64,000 nucleotides of DNA from Fimbriosthenelais zetlandica. Taxonomy: Eukaryota. The notes under the pieces are model-generated. The model was not told where the DNA came from. It saw nothing but the letters and a program-made list of their open reading frames with translations, and did not search any database. The translations under genes were made by a program, and so were the position numbers. Where the stretch lies: assembly GCA_977030845.1 (NCBI GenBank), contig OZ365118.1:2542001-2606000 (forward strand). Direction: 5' to 3'. Of this stretch, positions 51,391 through 63,814 are shown in pieces (the stretch's first letter is position 1; every line of letters begins with the position of its first letter).

Positions 51391-52814
51391 TTACCGAGCA
51401 TGTAGACATGGGTGAAGTATGGATAGTCAACTGTCATGATACAAAGTGAATTATCAACTTCATTCATGGAGCAGACTTATACCAGAGGTGGGAAAGAAGG
51501 CAATGACAAAAACCATGTTTAGGGTACCTTACAAACTGTCTTTTTCTTGGAGGAAGAGTAGGGTTGGCACTCAAATGCAGAGTGTAGAAAATATTATCTC
51601 TTCCTTTGTCCTTTCTAGGTATTCAAACGAGAAATGAATGAAACCCAAGAGATATTGATATGGTTGGTTGTTTAGAGACATTTGTCTTGGTTGATAGTAG
51701 TGGATCTTAATCAGGCTATTAATCACGTGGTAAACTAAGCAGATCAGTAACAAAGTGAGCGTTAACCGCCTGGAGGACATGTAGACTCAGACTGAGTGTC
51801 ACAATCCGTATCTCAGGTATCTCTCCCGAGATGAGATCGCTACTGAAACTGTACTTAAACTAGGTGTCCTCCCCAGAGTGGACTAAATGCCATCTGGAAG
51901 TTAAAGGTGACAGACTAGTTAAGTCATTAAGATATACAACTATACATTCCTCAGTGTGGTCCGTGTAGGGCAGTGGGTGAATAGTGGACTTGATAGATGC
52001 CCTGAGGACATCATTAAAAGTGGGCATTTATCACCGGGGCAGATGGGCAGTCTGATGGGGCAGAGATAGGTCAGACTGGGTGGTCAAGGTGCGCTGGTCA
52101 AGCCATGAATCCTCATGATTTATTACAGGTTAGAAGTGGACATGGGGCAGTGGCTGCTTCCACCAAGTAATAGCTTGAATATTTCTTGTGAAATGGGCGG
52201 GAATGTCAGTAAGTCCCTGCGTCCAGGGCACACATAAATCATGGGGATACCAAATAAACTTCTAATCCCATGGGGCACATATATCATGTTTCTATTACCA
52301 AAATGCTTCCCAGTCCCAGCTGGGTCAGAACAACAAAGAGGACTACCAGTCTCTTGCTGTATATAGGAGACATATTCCTGGTTCTTTCCAGAAAATTAGG
52401 TCACATACCTTTTATCTGAGGCATATATAACTCTTATGGAATATTTTCAATGGTCTTCTCACAAAAAAAACTGATTTAATGATTAATTCCGACCCTAGGT
52501 TGGAGAGTTAAGGAGCTTTAACCGTTAGTGTTATTTTAAGCGGGCCCTAGAGTGGCCAGCATCCCCTCGAGTGAGCATTAAGTCACTATAAGATAAGTTA
52601 AGTGAGAGGTAGAGTGAGAGGGTCAGTGTTTACCTGAAGCCCGTGGATAAGATACCAGCCTGAGGCTATCACTGAGTGTCCACGCTCAGACTACTGGTCA
52701 GTGGTCAAGTACTGGTGGACAGCACGTCCAGCATGCCTCCACTAGAGACTGACCATCACTCATATCAGCGTCAGATACCGGTACCAACTGCTTCATCACT
52801 CCATGCTAACTTTA

Positions 52815-52874
52815 TAAAGGCTAACACTGTAAAGGCTAACATTGTATGGGTAAAGGGTAACATTATAAAGGGTA
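52815..52874. repeat. Degenerate TAAAGG(C/G)TAAC repeat, 4 copies
   Basis: Copies at 52815, 52830, 52851, 52866. Confidence 0.8.
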
Positions 52875-54604
52875 CAAGCTTGTTGGCCATCATCTAATCT
52901 ATCCAAGAAGCACTCTCCAAGGGTTTTATGTCATATGATTTAGGAACTCTGCCAATGGATATCCTTGATGTGATACTAAAAGCTAAACCTTTCATTTCGT
53001 GGGGTTTTTACAAAAGAAAATTTCTAATAATTTGTGTATTTGTTGTGAATTGGATGGAAGTTAAAAGAGGAGAAATGAAAGCTATTAATGCCATGTTAAC
53101 AGGCTATAGTTTTAAGTGTTTTAATGCCTGAGGGCTTTACTGCCTGAGGGCATTAAATGTGTCTACTGGAAGGGCCATATTGGACAGTCCTGAGGTGGGG
53201 GAACAGCAGCCAGACTTGGTGAAATGTGAAGTCAGACAAGGTGACAATTAAACCGATATCATCAGAACCCCGGGACCTGGAGGCGTGTAGCATACTGGTC
53301 CCCTGCTAGTCTAGTAGTACCAGGCGATCACCAGGTGGCAGGACAAACATCAACAACATTATCACGTGACCTGTCTGTCTTCACAGGAGGGGTACATAGT
53401 AATAAGGTCCTCTCCACGGTGTAGGTGGGGGGGGGGGACTGAGGGCTTCCCGGAAGCTGAGGGCGTTAGGCAGGTGTTGACAAGACGACCCAGGCCCACT
53501 TCCGGTTAAATTAAGGCCCTCGATCTGATATATATGCCCCTGCCACAAAATGCCCTTCAATACCTTAAAATTCATAGGAAAACTTCGTGAGATCATTGCT
53601 AAATTGAGGGTTGAACACTGCCTCAGAAATCATGAAAGTGATCAGAAATGATTCAATTTAGATTGCCTACAAGAACTTTGAATAATGTCTCCACAAAAGC
53701 CTCTCAAGTCATAAAGTTTGTCTAAGTCTGGCTTCAAGAACTTTTTAATCATTATATAATCACTATATATATCTGTATATCTATACTGAGTAGATATAAA
53801 TGGAGCTGGCAGCCACGGGTAGATGGACACTAGGTGATTAATCACTGCCACTGCTAATATGAGAACAATGATTGATATTTAAGGCGACCAGTCGTCACTT
53901 AGTGTGATTCTACTGCCTGGAGTAGGGGTAAGTGATTAGTGCTATCCCTCCCTCTACTCTCCACCCATCCATGGTCCATGATTGGCCTTAGTGGCTAGCT
54001 CGTCTATACTGCAGGTGTGTGATAATGGCCAGTATCGATCTGTCTGTGAATGGAGGCACATGTTGCACCTTCACAGGCTAACCTCCGTCTATACGTGCCA
54101 TAACGAGCCTGGTAGGCAGGCCTGGTATCAGCAATCCCCGCTAACTTGTGACGCTCATCTTACTGAATACACACAGGTATAGATGTAGGGGAATGTAGGA
54201 GACAAGGCCAGTATGAAGCTATTGTAGGTCCTACTCCCGCCCGCCCAGCACGCCCGCCCTGCATCCCAATGCACGCATCATTAATTATTTCTTCATTTTA
54301 CACAGCATTCTGGGTGAAGTATCTTATTGATTGGACTAAAAATAGCTCCATCCTCTTTCACGATTCACAGGTCTGTAAAGAAGCGCTCCCCATAATGGCT
54401 TTTATTACCATTCCGCCCGGAGACTTCCTAACGGTCCCAATGGATTTTGTCTCTCAGCAATATCATCCGATCTCGTTTGAAACCTCGTCAGAACCAGTCC
54501 AAATGACTGGCGTCACAAGCGTTTCTTTTCTTTCTACAGAATTTTCCATCTCAAATTGCCGCCTGAAGCCAGCCTATGTCTGTGGGAATGAGGGAAAGCA
54601 GAAG

Positions 54605-54743
54605 GCATGCGCACAGACTGGCTGCGCGCGCGCCACGGCATCCCGCGCATGCCCTGTCATGGCGGCATGACGCGCCTGGCATGTATCAGGTAACGTGGCC
54701 TGCATGCCCGCCCTGCATGCCCGCCCTGCATGCCTACCATGCA
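54605..54743. promoter_or_regulatory. GCATGC-rich CpG island including a 13-bp tandem repeat
   Basis: GCATGC at 54605, 54647, 54702, 54715, 54728; CCTGCATGCCCGC x2.8 (54699-54734); GCGCGCGCGC run. Confidence 0.5.
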
Positions 54744-55595
54744 GGCTGATTGACAGTTTGTGGGATAATTCAATGTGAATAATAAGGTGAGAATGTTTCC
54801 ATCATTCTGCCGCCTCGTAATTCAGCTTGTATGGCGGGCTATTACTGTACATTTTATAATCATTTACATGATGGAGGAAGCTGAAGCCCCCAGGTCTGAA
54901 GGCCCGCCACTAAATATGGTCCACTATAATTAAACTCAATGTCAGCCATCCATCATTCAGTCCTCACTCAGAATCAAACTAAGCCTTAGATGCCTTTAAC
55001 AAGGCCTTCAATGAGCATGGAACTAAATATGCTGGAAAACTTCAATGAAATCCACACAAATGTAACCACAATATGCTTTGCTGCATATATTGCACACTAG
55101 CTTTGTATAATCAAGTCGATAAACGCAGAGGAATGGGCGTTTATTGAAAGTCAGAGTTGGAGATGGCACTTTGAAGACCCATCGATTGCCTTTTCTGACT
55201 CGAGGCTGAAAAAACAGTTAGAGGCAGCAGTCTTAACATCTACACAGCAGGGCGTGACAAAGCCCGGAGAGAGGAATCGACCTCTGTCAACTTTTTACTC
55301 ACTTCCATTCTAATGTCTGACCTTCTGACGTCTCCTCCATCATCCCTCCCTCCCACTGCCTCCAATTCTCCACTGACAGGAGAAGAAATGCTAGTAAGGG
55401 CGGTTATTATGTGATCGTTTCATCGACTACAGGCATTATGTGCCAGTTTGCCTATTGACGATATGTAGCATGTTTATAGCGACATATATCTAACTGCGAC
55501 TCGGCAGGGCTGGTATTAGGCCATAGATGACATTTAAGCTGAATATCCGACCATACTAATAAGACGTCATTTCCTCCGCTACAGACATCACTATC

Positions 55596-55725
55596 GTCAC
55601 GTGATTGGCCAACTGTGAGCTCACGTGACCCTATCATATTCCCGTCATTCCCCGCGACTTCCGCTCATCAAGCGCCATTGAACAATTTCCAATAATGTCA
55701 CGCTAAAGGTCGGCGGGCGGGCGGG
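55596..55725. promoter_or_regulatory. E-box/CCAAT/ETS/GC-box promoter-like island
   Basis: GTCACGTGATTGGC 55596, TCACGTGACC 55621, ACTTCCGC 55657, GGCGGGCGGGCGGG 55712. Confidence 0.5.
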
Positions 55726-57818
55726 AAGAGGGGGAATGGGTGGGAAAGATGGGGGATGGGCGAGGAAGAGGGGTTCCCACGGGCTCGGGTGTGGGTCATC
55801 CAAACACAATGGAGGTAATATAGATTAGGTAGAGTGAGCAGGTCGTGCATGGCAAGGCAAAAGTCAGAGCAGCTCGAGTGAAAACAAGGCTGGCCTAGAA
55901 TCGATTTTATAGAGATATGAAGAGGTATTGAGAGGTAATTGAAAAGTGTGGGTGGGAGGCAGATATAGGGAGAGAATGACCTATCAGCTAAAATACAGCA
56001 TGAGGCTAGTTATCACTGTATTGAATGATGGGAGAGAGCATGGAGGATGGTCTCTATGGGTGGTCCCACGCCATGGATGGAAGTATATATATATACCAAA
56101 TACAGGCATTATTTACAATTACTACCATTGGAGAAATAAATACCGCAAGATAACTGTCTGAACATGATGGTATCTCCACATGGGATGCATCATGCAATGC
56201 AATTTACTATTATTTCCTCTCCATTTCCTCTGGAGAAAATACCACAAATATATATTTCATACACACAGAAAGTTCACATAAAAAGTGTACAAGTCTACGT
56301 GGCCAGAGGAAGTAAATGAAGATGTTTTTCAACTGCATTCTTCAATGAAAATCGACCATTACGTTAGAATAAACTTGTGGTCTGTTTGCAAACATTTTGC
56401 TCTCTTAAACCTGTTGTGAGACAACACAAGGCTGGATCTAATCCGTCCAATTACCTGCGGTGTGGCAATATGGATGAGAATGGTCTACCCCCACGGGGGT
56501 GTGTGACAATGTTAGCATTGCCCGTCCATTACACATGGCCTACACATGCCGCCTACACATGGCTGATGGGGACAACTTGACCATCATAGCATTCATGCCT
56601 GACAAGCAAACACCCACTGCCATGTCCCCAGCCGACAATGTGAACCAATCAATAAGAAGTAAAGACGCTCTGCAACAGATTCCCATTGCATGTCAGTGCG
56701 AGCTGCAGGCATTGCATGCTTTGTGGGTAGAGCCAGGCTGAGGCAGCAGCACAGTTTGAGGGAATTGAAAGTTATTGATGCTCTGGGGAGAGCTGGGAAG
56801 TGATGGCATTGGCCATGAGCATGATTTGACCTATATAACCAAATATGGCAGATAAGATTCCACCAAAAAAAGCCAATTCCACATGTACATACATGTAAAC
56901 AGAGATAGATTGATGGTATTGAACTGTAGGGGGTAGAATTGCGGCTTGGGAATACGGGGGTAATGGGATGTGCTTTGTTAAAGTCCATCGATCGGTCAGC
57001 TGTGATGAAAACTGGAGCATAATAAGATGTGAAAACACACAGAAGCAGCCCCCTCAAGGTTCCCCGGTAGGTATGTGAGTGTGAGGGCCAATATGGAGCA
57101 GTGAGGGATGTTTTAACATGTGAATGATCTATAATGTGATAGAGGTGTCCCTGCTCTAGTCAGGCCTGTCATCAGCCCTCACTGAGCATGCGTGATGACC
57201 CCGGGTACAGATTTCATGTTTTTAACATAATGAGGGGTGATCATTAAAGGGGTAGGGTTAATCAATAAGGGGGGAACCTCGTCACCGCCCTGTAAGTGGA
57301 GATTTTATGTGGCCCCATTCAATCATGTTATAGCCCACCATTCCTTCCATGCTTTGATCAAACATTCCACATGCATGGATAAACATCAAAGCTTCATACA
57401 CAATCATGATTAAGCTTAAACCCATTGAACAACACCTCTGGTATTAATCTATCGATTTATATTAAGTCCTCCACGTTTCATGATTTATTTCTTAATGGCA
57501 ATTAAATACCACCGACTTAGTTCATACTCTAATTATACGTCCCGCGTTTTGAGTAGCTCAGATCTACTCCCACCAGGCACGCACACTCACTGATGGAATA
57601 TTTAAACATGTCTTTAAACACCTCACCTGTATCCTCCATCTAATCCACCATTATAAAAACTCATTATGAATAAATGAAGGTGACTGGAGTGAGAGCAGAT
57701 TTGATGCTCGTAAATCAAATTTCAATTTTTCCTGGCAGTCAGGATTACCTTAGAACCAATCTGAGCGGATGGATCTACCCACAAACCCTTTCTATCCCAA
57801 TATCCCTTGCGGCAGGCG

Positions 57819-57957
57819 ACCGGAAGTGTCGATAATAAAGAGGGCACTTCCTGCGTCTACCCCGGAGGCACCTTGCCTGATATACGACCTTGACCCCTGA
57901 CCTTAGAGGAGGGCACATTGACCTGGGGGCGGGGTAGGGCAGCGCGCCCCCTATGTG
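57819..57957. promoter_or_regulatory. ETS, nuclear-receptor repeat, GC-box and CTCF-like island
   Basis: ACCGGAAGT 57819, GACCTTGACCCCTGACCTT, GGGGGCGGGG, CACATAGGGGGCGC on minus 57944-57957. Confidence 0.45.
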
Positions 57958-59557
57958 TACTTCTAGGAAGGCATCTTAAACCCAGCATTAGCTGGAGGCC
58001 TTACTAATATTAGTAATACACTTCATTATGTTTCACCGTCCATGGGTGCTCCCCACTGGCATCTTTCACTCAGGTCTAAACGACTGGCTGCTCATCTATC
58101 TCCAGTCACATCTAGATTGAACAGTAATGGATGGAAACTCTGGCCTAGATGTGTCTAGGCCAGCTTTAAACTGTATTTTATATATAGACCTTTGGGGGTA
58201 AACCTATAGATCAAGGATGGATTTATAGTATACAATGAATACAGTCAAGCTTAGTTTTCCCATGAGGATTATCATAGGATTACCAGCTTACCCATCCATC
58301 CACAATATATCAGGATATAAGTATTCTGAGCAGCCAGTACAGGATCTCAAAACAAAGACCGAGTCAATACTACAGAGTCCAAACGTCAACTAGAGCATAT
58401 TTCACCCGGTTTTTGTGGGTTTTTTTCGCTCTGACTTGTCTCAAGACAGTCACTTGGGCCCTTCTTTACGCACCCAGGAGTTGAGCGAATATTGGAAATC
58501 TCTAAATATACCATCACTTGTCAGTCGTATGACCAGTCACGCATGCGCACTAACTGGTGATGACCTGGTGGGAGCATTGCATGCTGGGAGACGTGTAGTT
58601 TATAGGAGGCCCGGGAGGGGGCAGTTTGTGTGTATAAAGTGGAGGAAACATGTCCCAGCAAATAGCCCCATCTACAGACCAGCAGTCCCCAGCCCGGACA
58701 CTTCACTGTCATGCTAACAATATTCCCAAGTGTCTCGAAGAATTCCGAAAGGGCATTTTTTTGCCAGCCTCTGCCTCTTCAACTCGGTCAAAAACTAAGA
58801 ACAATCTTGTTCTTCTGCAGAATAAAACCGCTTTCCAGAATCGTTTTTATCTTGATTCTTAACTAAGAACTTCAGACATGTTTAAGAAAGGGGAAACTCT
58901 GGCAAGTAAAATAGCTGTAGCATAATAAATATGCTATATAGGGAGCACTTTGTATCAATTTGTGATTATTTCTAGCCTCACCAGACATGTAATATGATAT
59001 GACCGGTGTGCTCGCAGTATGACCACCCAATGTTCTACCTATAGACACGCGTTACATCTGATATCATTAGGTTATACACTGACCACTAGGTGTCCCCTCT
59101 ACCCTGTCACATGACAGAGATATCACGTGTCCGGCAGAACGCCCGGGGCAGTGCGCATGACCAGACTGTTTTACCAGCTGGCCGCTAGATAGCGCCTATA
59201 GATGTATGATGAATGGTGGGGGATTAGAGTAAGAGGCTGGCACCCGGCGAGCCTGACATCTCTCCTACTCTCCCTACACTACTCACGATACAACGAAGCG
59301 AATCAAACCCCGAGACGTGAAGAATGCGTCTATTTCAAGGGCAAAAATAACCCAAACCAGTAATGCCGAAACATCGCTGAATTCCTCTCTGATTCTCTGT
59401 CTTAGAACTGTACCTCTCAACACAATTTTGGCTCGTTTTTCTCTCCCACTTTCTCTTCATCTCTAATTTCCTACCAGAAGATGTGTGCTCTTTGAAGGGG
59501 TGACATTTGTGCCTTCTTGTTAGCTTTCCTTCCTCTTATCGATTCATTACTGCTGCT

Positions 59558-59621
59558 GTAACCATGACAACAAGGGCAGGACGGCCACAAATAAGCGGCA
59601 TACAAGCATCACCATGGTAAC
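59558..59621. promoter_or_regulatory. Paired X-box-like sites
   Basis: GTAACCATGACAAC 59558-59571 and ATCACCATGGTAAC 59608-59621. Confidence 0.4.
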
Positions 59622-59692
59622 GCATCTTATCTTTGTTTGTCTTTCAGCTTATCTGTGAGTGGGGAATGTTTGTGATGGGAGCGTCTTCCAGT

Positions 59693-59731
59693 CTCTCATC
59701 CTCCCCCTCCTCCCCTCTCATCCTCCCCCTC
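59693..59731. repeat. 17-bp C/T-rich direct repeat, period 22
   Basis: CTCTCATCCTCCCCCTC at 59693 and 59715. Confidence 0.8.
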
Positions 59732-62700
59732 ACCCATCTAAATGGATGCCCCCACTATCTACTACCCTGACCTATATATCTGATTAATCTTTATGATAGG
59801 GTATGAGGTCACACGTGATTGTTTGTTTAATCTTGTGCCCCTTCTGCTTAAGTTTATCCATGACATGGCAATCCCATCTTAAGATCGTTACATATCTAAA
59901 CAAATACATAGTAAAACTGCCACTGAAGTAGCATTGGTAGGCCACTCAGGCATGCATGCCTCAACGTCTGGGGGAAGTATCATAAAATATCTAAGATAAT
60001 TCAATGGGAAATCTCATTTATGAGGCATTCCCTGGAAGTGGAGAGATGGGAGCTGACACCAAGCTCGATAAGCCTCCAACATGGTAAGCTTTCTTATAAA
60101 CCACTCCAGATTAACTTAAAGGCTCATTTTAATCTTGTGAGGCCATCATTATTAAGACAACTCCACCGATTAACTCAGTAATTACAAAGAAACATTATGG
60201 AGAAGAAGATCTCATCTAATCCTGACGTAATCTGGATTGTGAATGATAATCCGTACCCTGCCATCGACCCACTCATCACATGGAAGAAAAAAGTGCGGAA
60301 GAGCTTCCACCTTACACCGCCTGGGGCAGGCAGATTACTCCACCAGATTAACAAAGACGAAGAGATGATCTATGGAAAGCTACTCATAAAGTTCTCCTGG
60401 GAATTCTGACATTTCTTTTCACACAGAAAGCTTTCTTCCCATGGGAGTGGGATGATGCATTTACCCAGGGTGAAACACGAACACTTAGTTTGAAATCCCA
60501 CTGAGACTTAACCCCATAGGATATATAATATCTATATATATGAGGGCACTTAAAACATAGTGATTCCATTATTCTTGGTAGCCATTTACCATATGGCAGC
60601 ACAATTATTGTATTTAAGTAGAGACAGGTAGACTTTTAGTGTGTTTCTGACTATGTATGTTAACACTACGGACTCTCTAACCTTTCAACCATGAAACAAT
60701 TGCTTTCCATGTGAGGGTTGTGTGTTTTGTTCTGCCCATCCCGCCCCCTCTTAGCTTCCCTCCTTCCTTGTGTGTTAAAATCCTCAGTGATTATAAAGCT
60801 GGAGGTTCATGGGTCGGCTGGAGGGGGCGCTAACAAGTGTCACATGGTGAGGGGGGCAGCGAGGCATGGTAAAGTCAGTGACTGTAGGCGAGGTGACCAA
60901 AGTGGTCACGTCACGCGAGCTGCCATCATGATACCTTACAGATTATAGACTAAAATTACCATACAATAGTCTATACTCACACATTAAAAGATTAACATCG
61001 TGAGACGCATAGCTTATGGTCCAAAATCTGATTAATTAATGGTCTCAGATGGCCAATTAAGAGCCGTGCCTAATGGTTTGACTGGACACTAAGGTAAACA
61101 TTTGGCTAACCGTTCCATAATATTAAGCAACATGCATAGCTCAAATAAGCAATGACTTCATAGTGGCTCTTAGCATAATCAATGAGATGTGGGAGGAATA
61201 ACTTAACAAATATGGACTTATTTTCTCCAAAGAAAAACCTCATGGCGAAGGAGGAAATAACCCAGTATTTTGTATGGAAGAAGCCACAAGTCTGCCACTC
61301 AAATTGGGTATATCTGCTCGAGGCTAGGCAAGAGTTATGACATTCCCAACACATACCCATCCTCCCGAGCTCAGGCAAATCGGCAGGAACCTAATTTGTC
61401 AAATCTGTCGATCTGAGCTGGGGCCAGCGGTGCGGGATGGATGTGAGGTACCGCAATCAAATCACAGCTCAAAGTTGGCCCATACTAATGAGAATATTCC
61501 ATCGATTGTAGGAGGCGAGAGATGAACGGGATAAGATGAATGAAGCTGTACCCATGTGTGACATACTCCCTCCAGCTTATAGAAGTAGTCATACTTCCCC
61601 TCATCCAGGTTAGGCCATGCTACATAAAGGTATAACCAAAATGACACACCTCTGAAAATCCTGGTTCATTGTACAGGGCATTTCTTCATGTCATACTTTT
61701 CTAAAAGATACCGAAATAGTCTATCATATTTCCCAATGTAAGGCCAAGATTAAAATGGAACATTGATCATTTTTAAATGAGCGGGAACACCTGTTTCAAA
61801 TAGCTCCCTCTTCACCTAAATTCAAGTTTCTCTAACCATCAACCACTTTTCTAGGTCTCCTAAACACCCATCAAACAAATGTACTATTCTTCATATTTGA
61901 ATTTCTTTTTCACAGGCTAGTTAGAGTAAGATGTATGTGTAGGGTAAACCTCGGGGGCATCCCCTGTTCTTTTCATACTGTGACATCTGAACTGACAATG
62001 ACGGCACTCGGACTTATAGAGGAACATATCATCCAACAAACCGAGGGGAAGAAAAGAGTCCTCAGTGGGACGCCGAGATGATGAGGATGACGTCACGCCT
62101 CACTGGCTTCCCTGACACACAAAGTCAGCCATGCACAACCGTCATAGCCTCTACTAGGGACTTTACTGGGGAGTGAGAAACGAGATAGAGATAGACAAAA
62201 AAATGTAATTCAAAATCAGGCTTACACTCAGCAAGATGAGTATGAACTGGTGCATAAAAACATCAAGTGAAGATGTGGAAGTGAACCTATGACCCAGTCA
62301 TATTTACCCCTACTCCCGCGACAAGTGACACAGTGTCTAACATAGTCTGAGCGTGTTTAGATTCTCAACATTCACACAATGTCTGAGACTTTAATACTTC
62401 AGACGGTGAAGGGAAACCTTCCATCTCAAGGGTAGGATTTGGTTGATGAGGATTCGATGAGTTTATAATAGCTTCTTCAAGTACCAGAGGCTGTCTGATG
62501 GTTATAGGTGTTTACCATACATACTGCTACCTAAAGTCATGAATATAGTCACGAACAAATCCTGAAAACACTATACGAGATTATTGGCTGAGAACTATAC
62601 ATAACAGGGAAAATTTAAAAATATAATGAATAAAAAAGCTTCAATATCGTCCATTTACATAGTGTTCAATCAAATACGGGCACCTCTCTACATCAGTGGG

Positions 62701-63778
62701 AGTGTTCTGTAATGTTTCATTCTTTTTTCAGGTTTAAAAACTGATTCAGTAGCATTAATCATTGCATGTTAATGGCTGGCATTCATGTATGTTATTCAAT
62801 GCTCAGTGGAGCAGGGGTAGGGGGAATCATGAGAGTGCAAACCAAGGGTTCACTTACATTTTATAATGCAGCATTTCAGGCTGAATTACGAGCAGCATGT
62901 AAGAAAGTTGTTCATTAAAACGTGTTTATTCCTTCGGCCTTTCTCACGTGGCATAGACGGCCTGTCTTTTATTGCCAGCATAAATTTCTAATAGGGCACT
63001 TTACGGTAAAGGCTGGAAAAGTTGCACTTAGTTCCTACCAAGATGAGGGTCTAATTGAGAGGGGGAATGTATGGACTCGACTCATGCTATTACAATTGTA
63101 AGAAGTCTTCCATTATTTTGTTATATTTGTGAGTTAAGTATAGATCTATGTGATATACTATATGAATGATTAACTTAAAATGTGACATACTCAAAGTAAT
63201 CTATGTACTGAATTAAGTGATGTATAGAATTGGATGTGAATATCAGAATGAGTCAGGCATTATGTGGCTTTGTAGTAGGGATTTTAAATTCAAACCAGAT
63301 TGTCAGTACGTCTCAAACTTTATTGACGTACAGACGTGAAGTATAAGCCTCTATCTGGCCTGGTGAAGCTTGTTCTGTGTGTTCTAAACATCCTGTGTAC
63401 AGCTAGGCTACAAGTGTCTCAAGTAGGCCCGGGAAGGTCTTATATATCTACACACCAGACCAGAATGTCCACTCAGATTCATATTTCATTCACCTCAATA
63501 CACATCTTCCCACCTTTAAGGGAAATGTAGGGAAACGCTCCAGAAATATTTAACAAAGTTGGGCAATTATTTAGATGTTTACTTAGGCTTTTAGTGCATT
63601 TGAAAGGGATTTGCAATACTCCAACATAGACCTGAGGTGAATAGGTATAAATCGTTTGAAAGATGACACTGCAATTTGAGTAGTTAAAGGTGTATTCTAT
63701 ACAAATGAAGGAGATGCTAATATCTCACTACTCTGGGGCAGTTTTAGCAGACCTGGAGGTCTCTAAGTTACCATGATG

Positions 63779-63814
63779 ATATTTCTGCCTCTAGTCTCCC
63801 ATATTTCTGCCTCT
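63779..63814. repeat. 14-bp direct repeat, period 22
   Basis: ATATTTCTGCCTCT at 63779 and 63801. Confidence 0.75.

Noticed and set aside
51001-51467. Proline- or glycine-rich ORFs of 104-132 aa
   Set aside because: Translations of the 22-bp minisatellite.
58140-58163. 10-bp stem CTGGCCTAGA/TCTAGGCCAG; also 9-bp inverted repeats at 17641-17675 and 42427-42455
   Set aside because: Several 9-10 bp inverted repeats are expected by chance; not terminator-like in a eukaryotic context.
59648-59654. 7-nt plus microexon candidate (ctttcag|CTTATCT|gtgagt)
   Set aside because: Frame-shifting length and no independent support.
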